From Planctomycetota bacterium (GTDB taxonomy: Bacteria > Planctomycetota > MHYJ01 > WSZJ01 > JACPWG01), in the NCBI GenBank assembly GCA_016197205.1, contig JACPWG010000100.1, positions 8,250 through 72,249 of the forward strand: 64,000 nt of DNA. The letters are read 5' to 3'. This document shows, one piece after another, positions 1 through 10,369 of this stretch (positions are counted from its first letter, which is position 1; each line of letters opens with the position of its first letter). The notes under the pieces are model-generated. The model had not been told where the DNA came from. It saw only the letters and a program-made list of their open reading frames with translations, and made no database searches. The translations under genes were made by a program, and so were the position numbers.

Positions 1-1011
1 CTTGTGCGCGGACTCGGTCGGCGTGTGGATGACGAACTCGCCGCTCGCGCGCTCGTAGACCGCGGTGGTCTCGAGGTCCCGCACGTTGGAGCCGTGTCCC
101 AGCTCGGTCATCGCGAAGCAGCCGGGCAGCTCGAGGCGGCCGATGCGCGGCAGGTACTCTTCGTGGTGCCGGCGCGTGCCGAGGAAGTGGATGCTGCCGC
201 CCCACAGCCCGAACTGGACGCCGAACTTGATGACCAGGCTCAGGTCGTGCAGGCCGATGGTCTCGAAGGCGGCGAGGAAGCGGCCGAAGTCTCCGCCCCC
301 GCCGAACTCGGGGGCGAAGAACGCGGCGCCCAGGCCCATCTTCGCGAGGAGTTTGCACGCGGTCGACGTCCGTTCACGCTGGGTTTCGAGGTCGAGGCCG
401 TAGGCGTGGGCGAACTCCGGGTCGCGCAGGCGCGCGCGCAGGGCGCGCCGGGTCTCGGCATGCCTCCCGTCGAGGAGCCGCGTCATGGCGGCGACCTCGA
501 ACGCGGAGGCCTCCCAGGGGCGCGGGAGCTCGCGGACCGCCGGTTCCCCGCGAAAAAACCGGCGAGCGGCCTCGTTGCCCGCGATGCCCAAGGCTTCCTC
601 CATGCGGGCAAGCGCGTCCCGCTCCGCGGAGGAGACCGGGGAGTCGTCCGGGCCGTCCTCGCGATGCGCCGAGGCGATCTCGAGCCCGAGATCGGCCAGC
701 GTCCAACGCCGCTCCCGGGGCAGCTCCGCCGCGAGCAGACGCAGCCAGGTGAGCAGGCGATGCAGCCGCAGCGGCGAGGGCGGGCGCGCGGGCTCGAGCC
801 ACGACAGCACCGCGGCCTTCGACTGTTCGCTCAGCCCCGGCTCCGCGGCGATCGCTCGCTGTACGCGGGCGAGTTCCTCGGGGGCGAGGTCGCCGTCCGC
901 CCAGGCGATGTAGACCATCGGCATGAAGGGCAGGACCTGGCGGCGCTCGTCGGCGCTGAGGTAGGCTTCGAGGAGGTCCGGATCGTCCGGGACGAAGTCA
1001 GGCGAGTCCAT
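1..1011 (-). CDS. Acyl-CoA oxidase/dehydrogenase family protein with N-terminal TerB-like extension (3' end runs off window)
   Basis: Manual minus-strand translation (absent from ORF track, no stop in window): MDSPDF...VYIAWADGDLAPEE...GVQFGLWGGSI...PGCFAMTELGHGSNVRDLETTAVY...EFVIHTPTESAHK, the ACOX/ACAD FAD-binding motifs. Confidence 0.88.
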   Translation of the reverse strand, partial: MDSPDFVPDDPDLLEAYLSADERRQVLPFMPMVYIAWADGDLAPEELARVQRAIAAEPGLSEQSKAAVLSWLEPARPPSPLRLHRLLTWLRLLAAELPRERRWTLADLGLEIASAHREDGPDDSPVSSAERDALARMEEALGIAGNEAARRFFRGEPAVRELPRPWEASAFEVAAMTRLLDGRHAETRRALRARLRDPEFAHAYGLDLETQRERTSTACKLLAKMGLGAAFFAPEFGGGGDFGRFLAAFETIGLHDLSLVIKFGVQFGLWGGSIHFLGTRRHHEEYLPRIGRLELPGCFAMTELGHGSNVRDLETTAVYERASGEFVIHTPTESAHK

Positions 1012-1778
1012 GCGCCGTAGCCCCCAATCGTCGAATGCGGTTCCGCTCGCGTTCGTGTTCCTGTCGCCGTCCGCCGGCTTCGCGGGGCAAACGCCGGATA
1101 CCGGCCGATGGGAACGGGGAAGGAGGATGCGCGGCCTTACGCCCCTTGCGCATTCCAGCACTGACCGAGCGCGGAGTGCCGGGCGAACCGGATGATGTCC
1201 GACGTTGCTCGCGGCGCGATGATCGTGTCCGCTGCGGGCCGTAGGCGGCACGTCGGTCGTCGCTCTCCGGCGAAGCTTGATCCGGTCGCCGAAGCCGGCG
1301 GCAGGCAGCGCGGTCATTCTAGCGAGTCGGGCGGCGGCTGGTCAATGCGGAAGAACGCTGGAGGGGCATGCGCGGGTTGATGACCCGCGGGACCAAGGGG
1401 GCGCGCGCCGTAACGTCGCCTCGAAACGAGCGAGTCAAGTGAGTTGTTCCCGGACGCTCCCGCTCCTCCGAACGAACGTAGGAGGGAGCAGACGCAAGAA
1501 GCCACAGCCACCCACACATCGATTCCCTCGACTACGCGTGCAGTTGCAAACCAGAGCCTGCTTCCCAGCAGCCCCGCATGCCCCAAAATGCGCCACCGCG
1601 CCTAGGCTCGCGTTGCGCAGTCACTTCCCAACCCCAGGCGAAAGGCCCGGTAGGTCAAGGGATCACAGGCATCGTCAGCCGAGCTCCCCGCCTCGGTCCT
1701 CGTGGGCCGGAAATTGCGGCGAGGAAAAACCGTCGTCGCCCCCCGTCGGCAACCTGTTTTCGCGTGGGTGCTGTGGAA

Positions 1779-2474
1779 ATGAGCGTGTCAGGATCAGCGG
1801 CCCCGAACCTGCTGCGACCGGCACTCCACCACCCGGCGCCGAGCTACGCCTGGGTTTGGCGGATTCCGTCGGCGGTCGCGGCAATCGCCGCGTCCTCGCT
1901 CTACGCCGAGGCACTCCGGTGCCACTCGGACAAGCTGGCCGGGCCCTGCGCGGTCGTGGCGCTTGGTGTCGTGGCTCTGGCGACCCTGCTTGAACGGGAT
2001 CGCGCGCCGACGCGGCGAAACACCCTGGCCGTCCTTGTCGCTCTGGGGTTTGGGCTGGGCATCCTCTACGCCATCGTCGGCGTTGCGCCGGGGCTGGACG
2101 CTCCGCCGAGACGAGGCTGCGGCCCTCGGTCCCCCATGGAATCGCCCACGTTCCGCTTCTTCTGCGTGCCGATGTTCGGCCTGCTGGTCCTCGTTGGGAT
2201 GGCGCGCTCGATTCCGGAATTTCTCTGGCCGAGTATGGCTCTTTGTCAGGCCAACCTGCTCTGCTGCTACGCTGAAAGAACGATATTCAAGGACGCGCTC
2301 GGCGATGTCCTCTATTTCACTCTGGTCGCGGCCTGGGCCGCGCAGCTCTGGAGGGCCTCCGCCAGACGCCGTTCCTCACCGCCCCACTCCCTCCTGCGCC
2401 GCTTGCACACGGGACGGAGCGGGACAGCGGCGAGCAGCCGGGCCAAGAGCGGTCCTCACCACTGTTTCAACTGA
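1779..2474 (+). CDS. Hypothetical multi-pass membrane protein
   Basis: Several hydrophobic segments in ORF 1578..2474; ATG at 1779 chosen; no recognised motif. Confidence 0.5.
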   Translation: MSVSGSAAPNLLRPALHHPAPSYAWVWRIPSAVAAIAASSLYAEALRCHSDKLAGPCAVVALGVVALATLLERDRAPTRRNTLAVLVALGFGLGILYAIVGVAPGLDAPPRRGCGPRSPMESPTFRFFCVPMFGLLVLVGMARSIPEFLWPSMALCQANLLCCYAERTIFKDALGDVLYFTLVAAWAAQLWRASARRRSSPPHSLLRRLHTGRSGTAASSRAKSGPHHCFN

Positions 2475-3177
2475 TCAGCAGCAGCCGCGGCGGCTGGCCG
2501 GGAAGGGTTGCGGGCGCGCGGTGGATGAAGGGGGGCACGGGATTGCCGGGATACGCCACGGCGATGCGCCAGAGGTTGCCGACGCCGAAGGAGAAGGGCC
2601 GGGCCTGCGGGACGGGGAGGTAATGGAGGTCGTAGCAGTTCCCGCTTAGGTATTCGAGGAAGTCGTTGTTGTCCTCTCCTCCGAAGCGCCTCAGGAGTTC
2701 GGCGCGGGTCTCGGGGATGTCGACGTGCCGTCGCGCCTCGTCGTTGCGCAAGCCCTCGCTCGCGGGCCCGCTGTACGTGCAGAGCCAGGTATCCGTCGCA
2801 TCGGTGGCGCTGTCCACATGGAAGGAGTAGACGTCCGTGGGCACGGGTCCTGGAGCCTGGTCGCGGGCGTAGCCACGGACGCAGTCGAGCTCGGGGAAAA
2901 GTCCCTGCTCCCGGAGAAGCCGCTGGTCCGCGAGGAGTATGTCGATGGCGACCCTGCCCGCTGCGCTCACGGGGAGTGTCTCGAGTCGTGCGTCCTCCAG
3001 GGTGGTTGTCCCCTCGCCGACGGCGAGCTGTTCCACGACTTCGCTGAAATTGCCCGGCAGCTCGCGGTCCCAACAAAGGGCGTTGACGCCGCCGGTGAGA
3101 GGGGTCGTGAGCAGCTCGTGGAAGCTCCTCACCCTCTGGATGCGGGCGTAATCGGGAGGCAGGAGGAAGGGAGGCAT
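2467..3177 (-). CDS. DUF1826-family protein (putative Fe/2OG-like metalloenzyme)
   Basis: NALCWDREL, SFHVDSA...WLCTYSGPASEG, FIHRAP motifs. Confidence 0.75.
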   Translation of the reverse strand: MPPFLLPPDYARIQRVRSFHELLTTPLTGGVNALCWDRELPGNFSEVVEQLAVGEGTTTLEDARLETLPVSAAGRVAIDILLADQRLLREQGLFPELDCVRGYARDQAPGPVPTDVYSFHVDSATDATDTWLCTYSGPASEGLRNDEARRHVDIPETRAELLRRFGGEDNNDFLEYLSGNCYDLHYLPVPQARPFSFGVGNLWRIAVAYPGNPVPPFIHRAPATLPGQPPRLLLIS

Positions 3178-3538
3178 GCGGGCCGCAAGAAGAGTAAGAA
3201 GAAAAGAGTGGCAGGCGGCTACACTTGTTCCGCACCTCCCAGCTCCGCTTGGGCAAGCACCGCGGGGGGATGGGAAGCGATTCGATCCCGCGGGCTCGCC
3301 CTTGGTCAACGGGAAACGTGCGGATTGGGGACCGGGTCGCCAACGGTCACCTCCGTCGTTCGGTTCCGCCGCCGCGGTCCGACGATCCGCAATATCAAGC
3401 GCACGCTCTTCGGTTGCGCATGCCCCGCTTCTGCTGCGTCGCGCGCGCACCGTGCGGAGGGGGGCGCCTGGTCCGGGCCGGGAGCTGGTTCCTCGATCGG
3501 CGCCCGACCACAACGACGGAGCCGGTCCCGCCGTCCCC

Positions 3539-4183
3539 TCAAGTGGACTCGGGCGGAGGCCCGTTCGGAAGATCGCACGGAGACTCGGGAGACGAATCCG
3601 GAGACGGTGCCTCGGACGGCGAGGCGTGCTTTTCCATGGGCGGACGCGGTCTCGGAAGAATCGTCGCCCTCACACCGGGCATGCCCCAATCGTCAGCGTC
3701 GTCGTCGCCGGGTCGCCATTCCCCCGGCTTGCCCTCCTCGCGCGGTGTCGGGCGCAGGTCCCGAAGGTGGTCGAGTGCCCGCTGCAGGTCTGTCGAGAGG
3801 TGCCGAACCCTGAGCAGGGACTTCACCCGAGTCAGCACTTCGAAAATGTTGATCGGTTTGTTCAGGAAATCGTCCGCGCCGTCCTGGATCCCCCGCTCCT
3901 TGTCTTCATCCGAATCCAGCGCCGTGATAAGCAACACCGGGATGTCCTTGGTCCGCTCGTCTTCCTTCAACTTGCGGCACACGTCAAAGCCGCTCAGCCC
4001 GCCCGGAAGCGCCACTTCCAAGAGGATGATGTCCGCCCCCTGGCAAAACGCAACCTCCAGGGCCTCCGCCCCGGTCGCGGCCATGTGCACTTCGTACCCG
4101 CCTCCCGTCAGACACTCCTTCAGCAACTCGGCATCCGCCGAGTAATCCTCAGCCACCAAGATCCGGATCGCACGCTGCGCCAT
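3539..4183 (-). CDS. Response-regulator receiver protein with Pro-rich tail; phosphoacceptor Asp replaced by Glu
   Basis: RILVAED...DIILLEVALPG..GFDVCRKLK...IPVLLITA...GADDFLNKP. Confidence 0.9.
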   Translation of the reverse strand: MAQRAIRILVAEDYSADAELLKECLTGGGYEVHMAATGAEALEVAFCQGADIILLEVALPGGLSGFDVCRKLKEDERTKDIPVLLITALDSDEDKERGIQDGADDFLNKPINIFEVLTRVKSLLRVRHLSTDLQRALDHLRDLRPTPREEGKPGEWRPGDDDADDWGMPGVRATILPRPRPPMEKHASPSEAPSPDSSPESPCDLPNGPPPEST

Positions 4184-4330
4184 GGTCGGCCTCTTCAAAC
4201 CTCCGCCTACCCGCGCGGCGCTCCAGCGGACGAGTCCGCCCTGCACCCGCTCGCGCACGGACTGTCAGAACCACCTCCTCGCCTTCTCCCGGTGCCACTC
4301 CCGCACCCAACGGGCTCAGTAATGTTCAAG

Positions 4331-4482
4331 CGGGTCGCCCCGTCGGTGCAGGGCGGAAGCCCTGCACCACAAGGGCTCGCAGCCACCCGAAAAAGCAGTG
4401 GGAAGCTCGCTCATTCCCTCACCGGCATCTGCTGCTCCCTCTCCCAAGAGCCGATCCGTTCTCTGCACCCTGAAAGGGCTGG
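4331..4482. repeat. Partial copy (right half) of the 24701-25048 element, containing REP palindrome GGTGCAGGGCGGAAGCCCTGCACC
   Basis: Aligns by eye to 24894-25046 and ends in TGAAAGGGCTGG. Confidence 0.75.
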
Positions 4483-4676
4483 CCGGGCAGGCCATGCGCG
4501 CGGGCAGGGACGCTCGCGCCCCCAGGGGTCGTGAGGACAGCGCACGCGCGGTGTTTTTTTTGCGTAGGCCCCAACCGGGGACCCCGCACGCGGGACTCGA
4601 CTCGAAACCAGAGGTCCTGCCCTGCACATGGTCGCCTATCGCCGTCATGGCGTCCCCGCGAGTCAACAGGACCTGC

Positions 4677-5297
4677 TCACGCCGGCCGCCTCCAGGCGGC
4701 AAGACGCGTGGCGGCGTACGCGGCGACGCCGAGATCGACCAGGGCGCAAACGACCGCGTACCAGTCGGGCACGAGGCCGGTGTTTCCGTAGTGCCAGGAA
4801 TCCCAGAGCACGCCGTGCGCGGCGATGCCGGCCGGTAGCAGCACAGCGTAACGAAAAAAGCCGAGAACGGCGAGACTGCCGTAGCCGACCAGTCCCAAGA
4901 CCTCCGGCCAGATCCAACCGCCGCCGCCGACCTGCCGGCATCGGCCGAGGTAGACGAGCGGCATGAGGGTCAGGAACACCGCGAGGAGCGCACGCTCCGC
5001 GCGCAGCCCGGCGGCGCCGGCATGCCGAAGCGCCGGCAATGCGACCAGGAAGGGGACCGACAGCACCACCGCCAAATAGCAGAGGTCGTCCATGTGCCGA
5101 AAGGGCAGGTCCGGCAACAGCAACACCGCCGCCCCGCAGGAAACGAGGAGCGCGACGGTGCCGAGCCGATCGGCGGCCGGACCCGGCGCCGACGGGGCGG
5201 GAGGCGACCGGCGATTCGGTCGGTCGCCGGCGTCGTGCCCCGGAGCGGAGTCGGGGCCGTCTTGCGTTGCGACGCGCATCAAGTTTTCCGTATCCAT
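4677..5297 (-). CDS. Membrane protein, DUF6010-like
   Basis: About 5-6 TM segments; C-terminal H..WD.WH...VPDWY..C..VD pattern. Confidence 0.6.
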   Translation of the reverse strand: MDTENLMRVATQDGPDSAPGHDAGDRPNRRSPPAPSAPGPAADRLGTVALLVSCGAAVLLLPDLPFRHMDDLCYLAVVLSVPFLVALPALRHAGAAGLRAERALLAVFLTLMPLVYLGRCRQVGGGGWIWPEVLGLVGYGSLAVLGFFRYAVLLPAGIAAHGVLWDSWHYGNTGLVPDWYAVVCALVDLGVAAYAATRLAAWRRPA

Positions 5298-5584
5298 TGG
5301 GCACCCACGCGACGGCGGCCGTTTCGATGCCTCCGACGTCCTGCCTTCCGCGCCAGGGCGACATCCAAAGCACGCATCGACAACGCACGGTCGCCCCCGT
5401 TCAGGTGGCGCCCGCGCTCCGCCCGCGGCTCCCTTCATCCTTCATGGTCTCTTCGCCAATTCGCGAATGCGCCCCCTGGTTCGCGGCGCTCACTTCTCCC
5501 CCCCATCCGCCCATCCACCCGCCCGCCCGCGGGCGTCACGTGCGCCCGGGGCGGCGCGGGGGGAGGGCAGGCGGGCAAGGCCGG

Positions 5585-6145
5585 CTACTTCGCCGCTTCG
5601 CTCTTCTTGATCAGGCCGCACGCGATCCGCGCGCCGGCGTTCCCCGTCGGATCGGTCGTCTCGTCGTCCACCTTTTCGTGGATCATGAGGCAGGTGCCGT
5701 TCCCCTCCAGCAGGGAATTCTTCCCCGCGCCGAGGATCACCAGCGGGGCCTGCACCTCCGCCGCGCACTTGCCGTCGTCGCCCACCGTGATGTTGCCCAG
5801 GTCGCCCGCATGCGGGCCGTCCGGGTTCTTGGCGCCGTGCTTCTTCCCGAACGGGTTGAAGTGCCCGCCCGAGGACTTGAAATCGGGCGCCTCGCACTTG
5901 CCCGCTTCGTGGATGTGGAAGGCGTGCACGCCGGCGGGAAGGCCGGAGAGGTCGACCTTGATCGAGACGCCCTTCTCTCCTTGAGTGAACGTCGCCGTCC
6001 CGACCTTCTGGCCCTTGCCGTCCACCAACTCCGCCGTGGCGGTCAGGGGCTTGGGCGCGTCCTCGGCCACGGTCCGCTGCGAGAGGCCGGCCAGGCAGCC
6101 AACCGCGAGTGCGGACACGATCACGAGCATCCAACCGTACTTCAT
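5585..6145 (-). CDS. sodC: Cu/Zn superoxide dismutase, exported
   Basis: Signal peptide; HAFHIH, GGHFNP, KKHG, HAGDLGN, IHE.DD, GNAGARIACG. Confidence 0.95.
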   Translation of the reverse strand: MKYGWMLVIVSALAVGCLAGLSQRTVAEDAPKPLTATAELVDGKGQKVGTATFTQGEKGVSIKVDLSGLPAGVHAFHIHEAGKCEAPDFKSSGGHFNPFGKKHGAKNPDGPHAGDLGNITVGDDGKCAAEVQAPLVILGAGKNSLLEGNGTCLMIHEKVDDETTDPTGNAGARIACGLIKKSEAAK

Positions 6146-6566
6146 CGTCGCTCCTTTCGAGCCGAAACCACAAAACCCGGAGCCTGGGCCTCATCGGCCC
6201 GGGTCGGCCCGGGTGGGACTCTATCGTGAGCTCTCCTCCCATCGGGGGAGCATCTTTGCCCACGCAGGAACCGCGAAGAGACGCGCGAACCGAAGAGAGG
6301 GGAGGGCGAGCCATACGAGGATGGGGCGGGCGCCGAAGAGAGGGAGGTGCAGGCAGCGCAGCGTGGTCCCCCTTCGCGCGCCGGAGTCCCAGCTCCGCCG
6401 GCCTCAAACCCGATGGCCAAGGATGCGATTCTACAAGTGAGCGCGGTGTCGGGTCAACGGAGATCGCGCGCGACCTCGAAGCGGCGCGAAGGGGGCGCAA
6501 GTGCCTCACCGAACCCCGGAACGGCGCGGGCGCGGCGAGGGGGGGGGGAGGCTCCCGTCGATCCCG

Positions 6567-6995
6567 TCAATTCAGCTTGATGCCCTGCGGGTTTTGCGCG
6601 GCCACGAACTCGACGAGACTTCGAAAATCGCAGACTCTCTCCCAGTTCTGCTCCGGGAGCCGTAGCCCGAAGCAATCCTCGATTTCCATCATGACTTCGA
6701 CAGTCTCGAGGGAATCCAGTGCGCTGCCCCCCAGCTCCGAAAGGAGATCGTCCTCCGGGCGCACCCGCGAGATGTCCAAGCCCAGTTGCTTGCCCAGGAT
6801 CACAAGTAGCCGCAAGGCAATAGCGGCTCGGACCTCATCCTCGGGAAAATACCGGCGGGCGAACTCTTGCGGCGTCAGGGGTTCCCTGCCGCGGAGCTCT
6901 TTCAGGGCGCGCCGGCGGGCTACCAAGTCCGGGAGCTGCTCGCGGGCGAAGATGATGCAGAGGACAGCAATGCCCACCCAACCGGCCCAGTGCAT
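6567..6995 (-). CDS. Acyl-carrier-protein-like domain with N-terminal TM anchor
   Basis: TM helix WVGIAVLCIIFA; ACP motif ALDSLETVEVMMEIEDCFG. Confidence 0.75.
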   Translation of the reverse strand: MHWAGWVGIAVLCIIFAREQLPDLVARRRALKELRGREPLTPQEFARRYFPEDEVRAAIALRLLVILGKQLGLDISRVRPEDDLLSELGGSALDSLETVEVMMEIEDCFGLRLPEQNWERVCDFRSLVEFVAAQNPQGIKLN

Positions 6996-7347
6996 CGTCG
7001 TTCCGCCTTCTTCGAACACACGTCAGGGGTCAGGGTCGCGGCCCGTGGCCCTCGGCACCGTTCATCCTGCACAACGCCGCAGAGGTCCCGCGCAGAAATA
7101 ACTTCACATGCCGTGGAGTGGTTCAGCACACCGGCGGATGAAGAGCGTCGTGCCAACCCTCGCCGTGGCGGCCACTTGCGCGGGCGGGGACGCCCGCGCC
7201 CCCAGGAGCCGTGAGGACGAAGCATGCGCAGTTATTCTTGCGCGGGCCCAGAGCGGCGACCTGAGGCGGCGGTTGGCGCCGCAGCCCACGCCCCTGGTCA
7301 GCAGCCCTCCCTGCCCCGCCAGCGTCGTGGAGCTTCGGGACCTTGTA

Positions 7348-7875
7348 TCAACTCTTGACGATTCGGAGCGGCGGACGGTCGGCGGTCTCGCACGCATTCG
7401 CATCGGTCGCAGGAGGTTTCGCGCGAGCCACCAGCCGGAGAACTCCCCAGGCAAAGCTCCCGCTCAAGAGGGCAACCACACCCGTGGAGACAAGGTTGAA
7501 TTCGCGATAGAGTGGCCGGAAAGAGAGGCTCAGGGACACAGGCGTGATCGCCGGGAAGGCAGCGTTGATGGCGAGGAAGCTGAACCACGCCATTCCAACG
7601 AACACGCCCCAGAGCACCGAGGCCACGAACAGTGGGCCTCCAAGCCCGGAAGCTGCGATTCGCCTCTCGAAGAGCACGTCTCGCGTCCACAACCAGCCCG
7701 CGCCGCCAACCGCACTCCAGCCAATCCACCAACTGGGGATCCACTCCCAGGGGATCACGCCCTCATTCACCGGAAGCACCACAACCGCAAGACCCGCCAC
7801 GAGCCGCAGTGCGAACAGGGTGCAGCCCGCGAGCACGGCGAGGAGGAGCCCCTTCGCCAACGGCGTGGCCGTCAT
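7348..7875 (-). CDS. Hypothetical 4-TM membrane protein
   Basis: Four hydrophobic segments; GAGGG before ATG. Confidence 0.55.
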   Translation of the reverse strand: MTATPLAKGLLLAVLAGCTLFALRLVAGLAVVVLPVNEGVIPWEWIPSWWIGWSAVGGAGWLWTRDVLFERRIAASGLGGPLFVASVLWGVFVGMAWFSFLAINAAFPAITPVSLSLSFRPLYREFNLVSTGVVALLSGSFAWGVLRLVARAKPPATDANACETADRPPLRIVKS

Positions 7876-7968
7876 GGACGATCCCTCGACAGGAAGACCG
7901 CACACACGCGGAGATCAGCGCGAGGAAAGGGTCGGTTTCCTGCTTCGCTGCCCCGCTCTGCATCCTCC

Positions 7969-8100
7969 TAGTGCCCCGTTGACGAGGTCCAGTCACGATG
8001 CCTGGGGGCGCGGGCCTCCGGCCCGCCCGAACGGCCGCATGGGTTACGACCCGCCGTGGCAGAGTTGACGACCGTGTCCGAAGTTCGTCAACGGGCCCCT
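7969..8100. mobile_element. MITE-like element (TIR TAGTG(G/C)CCCGTTGACGA), copy 1
   Basis: Terminal inverted repeats; highly similar copy at 31641-31773; internal REP CCTGGGGGCGCGGGCCTCCGGCCCGC. Confidence 0.8.
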
Positions 8101-8170
8101 CGTGTGCACAGGCGCGACCATCGACCCGTGCATTCTATCGAGGAGGACCCGGCCGGCACAACAGCAAGTC

Positions 8171-8653
8171 CTACTTCAGCCCTCCCTCCTCTCCGTCCTC
8201 GCGCGCGCATGGAGCGGAGGGTGGGGGGCGATGCTCGCTCGCGGGCGGGGCACCCGCTCGCGACGCCGAGCGCTCGCACAACCACGTCAGCAGGCCGACA
8301 GCTAGCGCCACAGGCACGACAGCTCCCCACAGGGACCGGGGGCTCACGTAGGACGCATCGCTCCCGTCGGTGAAGTTCAGAAACACGAGCTCGTCGAGGA
8401 TCATGGCGCTGCCGATGCCGAGGAGCACCAGGGCACGTCGGCGCCAGCGGACGACATACGGCGCGAAGGCGAGCAGAGAGGCCGCCGGAAGGAGGAGGAG
8501 CGCGCCGAAGTAGAGATGATGGATGATCCGCCCCGCAAGCCATACGTGCTGCACGCGCACCAAATGGAGGTAGAGCCGCTGGCCGGCGAACGTGGCCAGC
8601 AGTGGCGCGAGGATGAGGAGCAGCGTTTCCCTGGGCGATTCCCTCGGTGGCAT
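8171..8653 (-). CDS. Hypothetical membrane protein (HHLYFG motif)
   Basis: C-terminal part of ORF 8171..10042; 4 TM; IHHLYFG and G..MILDE motifs. Confidence 0.7.
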   Translation of the reverse strand: MPPRESPRETLLLILAPLLATFAGQRLYLHLVRVQHVWLAGRIIHHLYFGALLLLPAASLLAFAPYVVRWRRRALVLLGIGSAMILDELVFLNFTDGSDASYVSPRSLWGAVVPVALAVGLLTWLCERSASRAGAPPASEHRPPPSAPCAREDGEEGGLK

Positions 8654-8880
8654 GAAGCACCAAATCGCGGATCCGGTCCGTGTGGGCCCTTCGAAGTGTT
8701 TGCCATTCCGCCCAGAAAAGGCGGCGCTGGAATCCTCCTCCTTCGAGAAGTTCGCAGCAACCGAACCCCGATGCGACGAGTGACGGTCGCGCTCGCAAGA
8801 GAGCGAGGTGCCATTCGCCTTCGCGCCCTCCATTCGTCGCGGCCCCGCGGCGGACAAGAAGCACGGCTCGTCCGCGAATG

Positions 8881-10266
8881 CTACTCCTCGCCCGCTCCGG
8901 TTCCGGTCGCGGGGCCCGCACCGCAGGTCGATGCCAGGCTCGCGCTCCCGTTCGCGCCCCCGCTCCCACTCACGCCGCCCGATTCCGTCGCCGCGGCCGG
9001 CGCCGGCCCTTCCAAAAACCAGGTCGGCAGCTCGCCTTTCCCTTTGACGACCACGAGCCCGCGCGCCTCGAGCGCGAACTGGCCGTCGAGGGCCGCGCGC
9101 ACCTCCGCCGTCACCTGGATGCGGCCCGGCAGCCCGTGCGACTCCATGCGGCTCGCCGTGTTGACCGTGTCCCCCCACAGGTCGTAGGCGAATTTTCGCA
9201 CGCCGATCACGCCCGCGACCGCCGGCCCGGTGTGCAGGCCGATCCGCAGGTCCACCTGCCGGCCGGTTTCCTCGACGTAGGCCCGGAGGGCGAGACGCAT
9301 GTCCAGCGCCATGCGGGCGACCGCCTGGACGTGATCGTGGCGCGGCACGGGCAGGCCCCCGACGACCATGTAGGCGTCGCCGATCGTTTTTATTTTTTCG
9401 AGGCCGTGCAGATCGGCGAGCCGATCGAACCTGGAGAAGACGTCGTTCAGCATCCGGACCAGCTCCGTGGAGGATTCGCGCGAGGCCAGCGCGGTGAATC
9501 CTACGATGTCGGCGAAAAGGACGGTGACCGCCGGGAAGCTGTCGGCGATGGTGCCGGGCTCGTCCTGGAGCCGGGCCGCAATCGGAGCCGGCAGGACGTT
9601 CAGGAGCAGCCGCTCCGCTTGCGCACGCGCCCGCTCGGTCGCGGCCTCGGCGCGGTCCGTGGCCGCGGAAAAGTAAACGACCATCACCAGCAGGGAGAAG
9701 AGCGTGCCGAGCGTGTTGATGAGCGCGAACGCCTGCAGCGTCCCTGTCGGGACAACGGTCGCAGGCTCCATGTGCAGCCCCGCCCAGGCGACCGCCGCCG
9801 CGACCCCGAAGGCCAGCCCGACGCAGACGACCCGTTCCAGCCATTCGCGGGCGGTGAAGACCAGGAACGGCGCGGCCACGAGGGAAAAATAGTACCCCAT
9901 GTAGCCCGCGGGCGGTCCGAAGAGGAGGGTCAGGCAGACCGCGTGCAGGGCGACTTCGGCGTACACGAGAAACATCGCCGTGCGGCCGTACCCGCGGTGG
10001 ACGCCGGCCAGGATCAGGGCGAAGACGAGGACCGAGCCGCACGAGAGCAACGCGCCCGTGCGCATGCCCAGGGCGAAGAAGATCGAGAGCTGGATGACAT
10101 GCAGCAGGCCGCCGAGCACGGCGGCGGTCGCGCGGAGGGTGAAGAGCCGGGCCTCGTGCGGCGGCAGGCCCGCGGGCGCCCGCAGGAAGGGCAGGTCGAG
10201 CAGGCGTGTCAACACAAGCGGCGCGCTCCGTCGAGCCAGGCCCTCACCGGGTGCACGGCCGCCCAT
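8881..10266 (-). CDS. Membrane-bound class III adenylate cyclase
   Basis: About 6 TM; FADIVGFT, EKIKTIGDAYM, YDLWGDTVNTASRMES (K/D pair indicates ATP specificity). Confidence 0.93.
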   Translation of the reverse strand: MGGRAPGEGLARRSAPLVLTRLLDLPFLRAPAGLPPHEARLFTLRATAAVLGGLLHVIQLSIFFALGMRTGALLSCGSVLVFALILAGVHRGYGRTAMFLVYAEVALHAVCLTLLFGPPAGYMGYYFSLVAAPFLVFTAREWLERVVCVGLAFGVAAAVAWAGLHMEPATVVPTGTLQAFALINTLGTLFSLLVMVVYFSAATDRAEAATERARAQAERLLLNVLPAPIAARLQDEPGTIADSFPAVTVLFADIVGFTALASRESSTELVRMLNDVFSRFDRLADLHGLEKIKTIGDAYMVVGGLPVPRHDHVQAVARMALDMRLALRAYVEETGRQVDLRIGLHTGPAVAGVIGVRKFAYDLWGDTVNTASRMESHGLPGRIQVTAEVRAALDGQFALEARGLVVVKGKGELPTWFLEGPAPAAATESGGVSGSGGANGSASLASTCGAGPATGTGAGEE

Positions 10267-10369
10267 GCCTCTTCCCGCCGCGACCACCCGCGAGGAGGCC
10301 AAAGGAAGCGCCCCCGGCCGGTGTCCAATGGGGGCGCGTGGCTCTTGGCGGCACGTCTAAAGGACTTGC

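Noticed and set aside
4-1020. 338-aa plus-strand ORF
   Set aside because: Antisense shadow of the acyl-CoA oxidase-like gene
1075-1135. c-di-GMP-I riboswitch-like GGCAAAC
   Set aside because: Lacks the GNRA P2 loop and GCAAAG/P3 elements
1314-1586. 90-aa minus-strand ORF
   Set aside because: No motif or clear codon bias; cannot be supported
7969-8100. Integron attC sites
   Set aside because: No integron integrase; ends are IS-like TIRs without consistent RYYYAAC/GTTRRRY boxes
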